Below are positions 55,704-64,000 of a DNA stretch of 64,000 nucleotides, one piece after another. Numbering within the stretch: the stretch's first letter is position 1; each line of letters starts with the position of its first letter. The translations under genes were made by a program, and so were the position numbers. Under the pieces are notes generated by a model. That model was given only the letters and a program-made list of their open reading frames with translations. It was not told where the DNA came from and searched no databases. This DNA comes from Eledone cirrhosa (Eukaryota): the NCBI GenBank assembly GCA_964016885.1, contig CAXHJY010000736.1:1-64000 (forward strand), in the 5' to 3' direction.

Positions 55704-56893
55704 TCACCTCTTCGTCTCCCGGGGATCAGGCGACACGGTTTCCATGGGGGTGTTAGAGGGGTTGTCTGGGTGGGTGGTGGTTTCCGGCGCGGTGGGGACG
55801 AAGATGTTTGGTGGGGGTGTCTGGGGTGGGGGTGTCTGGGGTGAGGGTGGGGAAACTTTTTAAAAGGACGCGCTTAATGGGTTTAACACAAGGATTACCC
55901 ACGTCCTTAGGAAAGTTTTCCTTTAAAGACTTATAGGTGTCCGTAGGGACCCTAATCATCTTTAAATTAGGTTTGTCTACACAGTTTGAAAAAGTTTTCC
56001 CTTCGGTGGGTCGTTGGATATGACCTCCATTAAAGTTTTGTTTTTACTGTTTATGTATGTGTAATGTTCTTGTGTTGCGGTGGTTTTTGTCTGTTGTTCT
56101 TGTGGGAGCTTTCGTTTTGTTGTAGGTGTTTGGAGTGATGTCGTGGTTTTGTTTTCGGGACGGGGGGTTTTTGTTTGTAATGTTTGTGTTGTTTGTAGTG
56201 ATGTTTGTTGTGTTTTTGTTCTTGTGGTGTCTTTTCTTCTTTCTTTTCGAACGGAGAGGCTCTCCCTCATCGTCACTTGGTGATGATGTGGGGGCCTCAT
56301 CCGTTGTGGTGTCTGTGTTATTTGGAAGGGGTATGTTTGGGGGAGCTGTTGTGTTTGTGGGTGTTTTTGCAGTGGTTTTAGGTGGAGTGGGGCTGGGTGG
56401 GACTGTGCTTGCAGGTTGGTTTGTTGTTCTTGTTTTGGTTGTGTTTGCGTGTTGTTGTGGTGGTGGTGGTGGTTGAGTTGTTGTTTTGGGTGTTGGCAGT
56501 AGTGCCTCTTTTTTTTTTAGTTAACTGAGGACAGTAAGCCTTCAGGTGACCACTGCTTAAACAGTGGTAACATGAAGGCCGCCTACCCTCAACAGAAATG
56601 TTTATGTGTGAAATTCCATCCAGAGGCACACGTTGGGGTATTTTAGCTATCCGTTCTGGCCTCATTTGGACCAGAACTTCCATGCTTGTACCATTGAATG
56701 TGCCTCTGGAGGACTTTCCCACCGAAATGATGGTGCCTTCGTCGAAATCGATGAAGCCAGTTAGAATCCACCAGACGTTTACATTTGGTGCAATGTTCAA
56801 AATTTTTATTTTTTGTGTTCTTTTTCCCTTATATGTGGGGAAATATACATAGTTATGTAATAAACAACATAAGATAATTATTTCATTTACCAA
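55704..56893 (-). pseudogene. Tx1/L1 ORF1 (gag-like, CX2CX4HX4C knuckle, Thr/Pro/Lys-rich tail), frameshifted
   Basis: CYHCLSSGHLKAYC in ORF 56378..56893. Downstream fragments 55977..56300 and 55753..55959 continue in shifted frames, probably ending ..PDPRETKR* at 55704-55706. Confidence 0.75.
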
Positions 56894-56987
56894 TGTTTCA
56901 CAAAGACAGACGTGCTTGGCACTAAAAAGCTCTGTAGCCTACATAGAGCACTTTCTTTTCCTTTACCTTTCCTACAGAAATACTTCA

Positions 56988-57018
<31 letters not shown>

Positions 57019-57064
57019 CGCGTGTGTATATGTGTGTGTGTATATATATGTATACGTGATCATG

Positions 57065-57112
<48 letters not shown>

Positions 57113-57219
57113 CTTTCCTTTTCCTGAAAGGTAAATAACAGAATCTGATATGTCCCTCAGAGTAGACGATAGCTCCACCGTATCCTTGTATTTCACAAGA
57201 AGTGACACACATTGATACC

Positions 57220-60200
57220 AGGAGTGTGTATATGTTGGAGTGTGTATATGTTGGGGTGTGTATATGTTGGGGTGTGTATACGTTGGGGTGTGTATATGTT
57301 GGACTGTGTGTATATGTTGGTGTGTGTATGTTGGTGTGTGTGTATGTTGGTGTGTGTGTATGTTGGTGTGTGTATATGTTGGAGTGTGTGTATGTTGGTG
57401 TGTGTATGTTGGTGTGTGTATATGTTAGTGTGTGTATATGTTGGAGTGTGTATATGTTGGAGTGTGTATATGTTGGACTGTGTGTATGTTGGTGTGTGTG
57501 TATGTTGGTGTGTGTGTATGTTGGTGTGTGTGTATGTTGGTGTGTGTGTATGTTGGTGTGTGTATGTTGGTGTGTGTATGTTGGTGTGTGTATATGTTGG
57601 AGTGTGTATATGTTGGGGTGTGTATATGTTGGTGTGTGTGTATGTTGGTGTGTGTGTATGTTGGTGAGTATGTATGTTGGTGTGTGTGTATGTTGGTGTG
57701 TGTATATGTTGGTGTGTGTATATGTTGGAGTGTGTATATGTTGGTGTGTGTATATGTTGGAGTGTGTATGTTGGAGTGTGTATGTTGGAGTGTGTATATG
57801 TTGGAGTGTGTATATGTTGGGGTGTGTATATGTTGGTGTGTGTGTATGTTGGTGTGTGTGTATGTTGGAGTGTGTGTATGTTGGAGTGTGTGTATGTTGG
57901 AGTGTGTGTATGTTGGAGTGTGTATATGTTGGAGTGTGTGTATGTTGGTGTGTGTATGTTGGTGTGTGTATGTTGGTGTGTGTATGTTGGTGTGTGTATA
58001 TGTTGGAGTGTGTATATGTTGGAGTGTGTATATGTTGGAGTGTGTATATGTTGGGGTGTGTATATGTTGGGGTGTGTGTATGTTGGTGTGTGTATATGTT
58101 GGTGAGTATGTATGTTGGTGTGTGTGTATGTTGGAGTGTGTGTATGTTGGTGTGTGTATATGTTGGAGTGTGTATGTTGGTGTGTGTATGTTGGTGTGTG
58201 TATATGTTGGGGTGTGTATATGTTGGTGTGTGTGTATGTTGGTGTGTGTGTATGTTGGTGTGTGTGTATGTTGGTGTGTGTGTATGTTGGTGTGTGTGTA
58301 TGTTGGTGTGTGTGTATGTTGGTGTGTGTGTATGTTGGAGTGTGTATATGTTGGAGTGTGTATATGTTGGAGTGTGTATATGTTGGGGTGTGTATATGTT
58401 GGTGTGTGTGTATGTTGGTGTGTGTGTATGTTGGTGAGTATGTATGTTGGTGTGTGTGTATGTTGGAGTGTGTGTATGTTGGTGTGTGTGTGTGTTGGAG
58501 TGTGTATATGTTGGAGTGTGTATATGTTGGTGTTTGTATATGTTGGTGTGTGTATATGTTGGTGTGTGTATATGTTGGAGTGTGTATATGTTGGAGTGTG
58601 TATATGTTGGAGTGTGTATATGTTGGTGTGTGTATATGTTGGAGTGTGTATATGTTGGTGTTTGTATATGTTGGTGTGTGTATATGTTGGTGTGTGTATA
58701 TGTTGGAGTATGTATATGTTGGAGTGTGTATATGTTGGAGTGTGTATATGTTGGTGTGTGTGTATGTTGGTGTGTGTATATGTTGGAGTGTGTATATGTT
58801 GGTGTGTGTATTTGTTGGTGTGTGTATATGTTGGTGTGTGTGTATGTTGGTGTGTGTGTATGTTGGTGTGTGTATGTTGGTGTGTTTATGTTGGTGTGCG
58901 TGTATGTTGGTGTGTGTATGTTGGTGTGTGTATATGTTGGTGTGTGTGTATGTTGGTGTGTGTATATGTTGGGGTGTGTATATGTTGGGGTGTGTATGTT
59001 GTGTGTGTATATGTTGGTGTGTGTGTATATGTTGGAGTGTGTGTATGTTGGTGTGTGTATGTTGGTGTGTATATGTTGGTGTGTGTATATGTTGGTGTGT
59101 GTATATGTTGGAGTGTGTGTATGTTGGAGTGTGTATATGTTGCAGTGTGTATATGTTGCAGTGTGTATATGTTGCAGTGTGTATATGTTGCAGTGTGTAT
59201 ATGTTGCAGTGTGTATATGTTGGAGTGTGTATATGTTGGAGTGTGTATATGTTGCAGTGTGTATATGTTGCAGTGTGTATATGTTGCAGTGTGTATATGT
59301 TGGAGTGTGTATATGTTGCAGTGTGTATATGTTGCAGTGTGTATATGTTGCAGTGTGAATATGTTGGAGTGTGTATATGTTGGAGTGTGTATATGTTGCA
59401 GTGTGTATATGTTGCAGTGTGTATATGTTGGAGTGTGTATATGTTGCAGTGTGTATATGTTGCAGTGTGTATATGTTGCAGTGTGTATATGTTGCAGTGT
59501 GTATATGTTGGTGTATGTATATGTTGGTGTGTGTATATACATTTGTGTGTGTATATGTTGGTGTGTGTATATGTTGGAGTGTGTGTATATGTTGGAGTGT
59601 GTGTATATGTTGGAGTGTGTGTATATGTTGGAGTGTGTGTATATGTTGGAGTGTGTGTATATGTTGGTGTGTGTATATGTTGGTGTGTGTATATGTTGGT
59701 GTGTGTATATGTTGGTGTGTGTATATCTTGGTGTGTGTATATGTTGGTGTGTGCATGTGTTGGTGTGTGTATTTGTTGGAGTGTGTATATGTTGGTGTGT
59801 GTGTATGTTGGTGTGTGTGTATGTTGGTGTGTGTGTATGTTGGAGTGTGTAAGTTGGAGTGTGTATATGTTGGTGTGTGTGTATGTTGGAGTGTGTAAGT
59901 TGGAGTGTGTAAGTTGGAGTGAGTATATGTTGGTGTGTGTATGTTGGTGTGTGTATATGTTGGTGTGTGTGTATGTTGGAGTGTGTAATTTGGAGTGTGT
60001 ATATGTTGGTGTATGTATATGTTGGTGTGTGTATATGTTGGTGTGTGTATATCTTGGTGTGTGTATATGTTGGTGTGTGTATATGTTGGAGTGTGTGTAT
60101 ATGTTGGTGTGTGTGTATATATATATTGGTGTGTGTGTGTGTGTATACATTGCTGTGTGTGTATATATGTTGGTGCGTGTATGTATATATTGGTGTGTGT

Positions 60201-60410
60201 GTGTATATATTGGTGACTGTATATATATATTTGTGACTGTATATATACATTGGTGACTGTATATATATACATTGGTGACTGCATATATATATATTGGTGA
60301 CTGTATATATAGGTGACTGTATATATGCATTGGTGACTGTTTATATATATACATTCGTGACTGTATATATATATATTCGTGACTGTATATATATATATAT
60401 ATATTGGTGA

Positions 60411-60445
<35 letters not shown>

Positions 60446-60450
60446 TGACT
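57220..60450. repeat. 16-bp minisatellite GTGTGTATATGTTGG(A/T), grading into ATTGGTGACTG(TA)n units
   Basis: Tandem units of 14-18 bp, a TTGCAG-variant patch at ~59140-59500, and the TGGTGAC variant at ~60210-60450. Confidence 0.97.
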
Positions 60451-60619
60451 GTGTGTTTATACATTTGTGTATGTGTATATACATTTGTGTGTGTATATAT
60501 ATTTGTATAAGTTACTATATACGCATGTGTGTAAGTTCGAGTATACACGTCTATTTCAATTAAATTCGGTAAGAGGTTTTAGAAAATGGACATTTCACTG
60601 GCATACCCTACATTCTTCT

Positions 60620-61035
60620 ATGTACACACACACGCACACACATACACGCACGCATACGCACATACGCACACACACACAAATACACACATACAAACATACA
60701 CACACAAATACACATACACATACACACACACACAAATACACATACACGCACATACACACACGCACGCACAAACACACACATGCTTATATTTACGTACACT
60801 AACATACATGTGTAAACCTAATATGTACACATATTTCTCAGTCCAGACACGTGTACACATATGCACACGCATATATACACAGAGAAGCACCTATACATAG
60901 ACTTACACGTGTGTGTACAACTACATACACATACACACATACACACAGCTATGTACACATACACAACTATGTACACATACAGAGCTATACACACATATAC
61001 AGCTATGTACACATACACAGCTATGTACACATACA
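60620..61035. repeat. (CA)n-type microsatellites plus a short 18-bp repeat (ACACAGCTATGTACACAT)
   Basis: Directly visible; about 5 copies of the 18-bp unit at ~60941-61033. Confidence 0.85.
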
Positions 61036-61151
61036 CTACACAAGTCTAAGTATAATTACATACACACGTTTGAAACAGAAGATGGGAGGAGAAAGTGAAA
61101 GGAGAATATCCATTTCTCTATGAGACATATCACAAAAGCAGGGGTCGGAGA

Positions 61152-61380
61152 TTTTAGGGGTCACCAGACAAGGGCTGTTCTGTCACCATGGCTAGGCTGC
61201 TCGGAATGAAAGGGTTACAGAATTTAAAGGGTCACCATGGCCAGACTGCTGGAAACGAAAGTTACAGAATTTAAAGGGTCACCAAACAAGGGTTGTTCTA
61301 TCACCATGGCTAGACTGCTGGGAATGAAAGGGTTACACAATTTAAAGGGTCACCATGGCTAGACTGCTGGGAACGAAAGG
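61152..61380. repeat. Short tandem repeat of ~48/70-bp alternating units (GGTCACCATGGCTAGACTGCTGGGAATGAAAGGGTTACAGAATTTAAAG)
   Basis: Four core units; the first and third carry an extra A(G/A)ACAAGGG(C/T)TGTTCT segment, giving a ~118-bp dimer present twice. Confidence 0.85.
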
Positions 61381-61514
61381 AAGGGGAGACGTGAACTAAT
61401 GTAGCCTGGAATTGAAACTGCGTCACTGATGTTTAACTTTACAGCAACTCACATGAAAATATACTAACATCTATATATCTCTCTTTCTATATATGTGTGT
61501 TTATATTTGTAAAA

Positions 61515-61627
61515 ATGTATATATATATACATACATATACACATATATATATATAGTATATATATATATATACATACATACATATACACATATATATATA
61601 TACACACACACACATATATATATATAT

Positions 61628-61662
<35 letters not shown>

Positions 61663-61925
61663 ATTATATACACACATATATATACACATATACACACACA
61701 CATATATATATATGTATACACACATATATATATATATATATACATATACACATATATACATATACACATATATGCATATATATATATGTATATACATACA
61801 CATATATACGTATATATATACACATATATACATACAACCATATATATACACATATATACGTATATATATATATACATACACACACCTATATACATACACA
61901 CACATATATATATATACACATATAT

Positions 61926-61958
<33 letters not shown>

Positions 61959-61972
61959 CACACACATGTATG

Positions 61973-62003
<31 letters not shown>
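61515..62003. repeat. (TA)n/(CA)n compound microsatellite
   Basis: Directly visible. Confidence 0.95.
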
Positions 62004-62058
62004 AATTATATCAATGAATATCAATGTATATCTTTATGTATCGAAATATTTATCTTAC

Positions 62059-62249
62059 CTGAAGAATTTGATTGAAAATCAATCAATGAAAAATGAGATT
62101 ATAGATAGATTGGTAAAAATATGCAAAAGGAACTGAGTTGCTCGGTTTCCTCGCCGAACACTATCCATAGAGTGACAACTTGTAACACATCCGAAAATTT
62201 TCGTCAAAATCACAAATATAGCAGGAACTCTTCAGGTTGGTTTGACTGA
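62059..62249 (-). other. Candidate non-coding first exon (initiator-like TCAGTC to CAG|GTAAGA donor)
   Basis: Minus-strand TCAGTC at 62249-62244 and a consensus donor at 62059/62058 bracket ~190 nt of unique sequence, downstream of a (TC)n/(TG)n-rich tract. Confidence 0.25.
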
Positions 62250-62709
62250 CACAATACACTATTATACACATGGTAACACATACACATATACATGGTAACA
62301 CATACATATATACATGTGAGAGTGAGAGACTGAGGAAGTGTGAGAGAGAGACTGAAGAAGTGAGAGAGAGAGATACTTACCACCACACACACAAATAGAC
62401 ACATGGAAGGAGAGAGAGACAGTGAGAGATTGAAGAAGAGAAATCGAGAGTGAGACTCCCCCCACACACACACACACGTACACTTAAATACACACATATA
62501 CAAACGCGCACACACACATACACTTAAACACACACACATACACAAATAGAGAGAGAGGGGAGACAGCGAAAGATTGAGGGAGAGTGTGGGGGAGAGAATC
62601 CCAACTTCCACACGTACTCACTCACATGTAAACAGAGTGAGAGGAGGAGAGTGGAAGAGAGAGAGGGAGAATATCAGCACCTCACAAACACACCAAGACA
62701 TGTGTTCAT

Positions 62710-62915
62710 AGAGAGAGAGAGAGAGAGAGAGAGAAGAAAAAACAGAGAAAGATGGAGAGAAAAATAGAGTGAAATAGAGAGAATATAGAATAAGAGAGAG
62801 AGGGGTATAGAGAGGGAAAGAGAGAGAAGGGTAGAGATAGGGGGGAAAGAGAGAGAAGGGTAGAGAGAGGGGGGAAAGAGAGAGGGGTAGAGAGAGGGGG
62901 AAAGAGAGAGAGAGC
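62710..62915. repeat. (GA)n / purine-rich tract
   Basis: Nearly pure purine strand with repeated AGAGAGAAGGGTAGAG units. Confidence 0.9.
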
Positions 62916-63179
62916 AGGAAAATATAATTAATAGAAAATATTTTTCTTTGTAATTTTTTTATGTTTTTTTATCTTTTTCTTACATTTTTCTTATTTTTTC
63001 AATTTTTATTCTTGACATAAGAAGGATCCAAAATACAGAGCTAATTGCTGGGGCCTTCAGTGGGCTGGTGGGGTCTAGAGCTGCGTGGCAAGGTGTGTGT
63101 CTCACAGTTGCCTGCTTCTCTGCATATAGAGATACTTTTATGTATATGTGTGACTGTGTATGTGTGTGTTCCACTGTTG

Positions 63180-63396
63180 GCTTGGCTGCTTGTGTACGGG
63201 GTACCTATATAGATGTATGTGTGTGTGTGTCATGCTTGGCTGCTTGTGTACGGGGTACCTATATAGATGTATGTGTGTGTGTGTCATGCTTGGCTGCTTG
63301 TGTACGGGGTACCTATATAGATGTATGTGTGTGTGTCATGCTTGGCTTGGCTGCTTGTGTACGGGGTACCTATATAGATACATTTGTGTGTGTGTG
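63180..63396. repeat. 54-bp tandem repeat x4
   Basis: GCTTGGCTGCTTGTGTACGGGGTACCTATATAGATGTATGTGTGTGTGTGTCAT starts at 63180, 63234, 63288 and ~63345. Confidence 0.93.
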
Positions 63397-63827
63397 TGCC
63401 ACTGTTGATTTGACTGTGTGTGTGCCACTGCTGGTTTGGCTGTGTGTGTACATGTATTGATATAGATACATTTATGTGTATGGTTGTGTCTGTAGTTGTC
63501 TGCCATCTCACTATCTCTCTCACTCTATATATTTATATATGTATGTATATATGTATATATATGTATGTATATATGTATGTATATATCTATGAGTAGCTGA
63601 GTATCAGCATAGTGAAAGTAGAGGCAAGAAAGAAAAATGTGTGTATTTGAATATGGGCGTGTTTGTGTGTGTACATGTTAAGAAATAGTTGCCCCTATAT
63701 ATGTATAATTTATGAATATATATATAAACATATATGTATATATATATATATATGTGTGTGTGTGTCCAACTGCCATGTAAGTGTGGAAAAACGAATGTAA
63801 AACAATGATATATATATATATATATAC

Positions 63828-63981
63828 GAATGAGGACGTTTTTCGTATTCGTCTTATTCGGGAAACCTCCGGTAATGAGGTAATTATATTGTATTGTTTA
63901 TTATACATTAAATTTTGCTCTGGTACCTACATAGAGCACTCTTCACTACAATGACTGTTTCAATTTTCAACGGCAACTTCA
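63828..63981 (-). mobile_element. Possible isolated 5'-end fragment related to the Tx1-type element
   Basis: Shares GCTCTG...CCTACATAGAGCACT...ACTTCA(TA)n with the element start at 56929-56987, and is flanked by (TA)n on both sides. Confidence 0.45.
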
Positions 63982-64000
63982 ATATATATATATATATATA

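Larger units (their letters stand above)
49094..56987 (-). mobile_element. L1/Tx1-type two-ORF LINE, apparently full length (~4.96 kb without the nested RTE), decayed
   Basis: ORF1 has a CCHC knuckle. ORF2 has APE (VNVRGL, AYAP, GDWN, WTWTN, SDHKLV, GYWKLN), RT (KSPG, FRPITLLN, KAFDRV, IRQGCPLS, YADD) and a C-terminal CPRC..ETVAHAFIHC finger. AATAAA on the minus strand at 49099-49104; (TA)n at both ends. Confidence 0.9.

Noticed and set aside
57060-60548. ORFs of 1162, 1053, 806 and 714 aa (His/Thr- or Cys/Val-rich)
   Set aside because: They are open on both strands and in several frames because the 16-bp GT/AT repeat has almost no stops. Unit lengths of 14/16/18 do not preserve frame.
63015-63092. 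GC-richer segment after a long T-rich tract, possible + strand exon (RIQNTELIAGAFSGLVGSRAAWQ)
   Set aside because: The acceptor and the GTGTGT donor are weak and there is no homology or partner exon. Insufficient support.

Overview
Repeat-dominated eukaryotic (metazoan) genomic DNA. The (TA)n richness and the repeat families suggest a cephalopod such as Octopus, but that is inference. No prokaryotic-type system or CRISPR array is present. The window holds three RTE-clade LINEs, all with a C4HC3 PHD-type finger inserted inside the RT domain: a near-intact copy at ~1.6-4.85 kb, a truncated copy at 7.2-9.7 kb and a truncated copy at 52.3-55.2 kb. The third RTE is nested in a decayed, apparently full-length L1/Tx1-type LINE (49.1-57.0 kb, minus strand) flanked by (TA)n on both sides. 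Three large tandem arrays are present: a 29-bp unit (~5 kb), a 19-bp unit (~32.6 kb, with kb-scale higher-order duplications and a duplicated unique island) and a 16-bp unit (~3 kb). There is also an inverted SINE pair, many microsatellites and a few weak candidate host exons. The most interesting leads are: (i) splice donor and acceptor signals at the Tx1 ORF1/ORF2 junction whose use would delete the inferred ORF1 stop and join it in frame to the probable ORF2 ATG; (ii) the PHD finger within the RTE RT; (iii) a 5'-UTR module redeployed in RTE 3' UTRs; (iv) strongly G/A-biased divergence between the inverted SINE arms. Most long ORFs in the supplied track are low-complexity artefacts.
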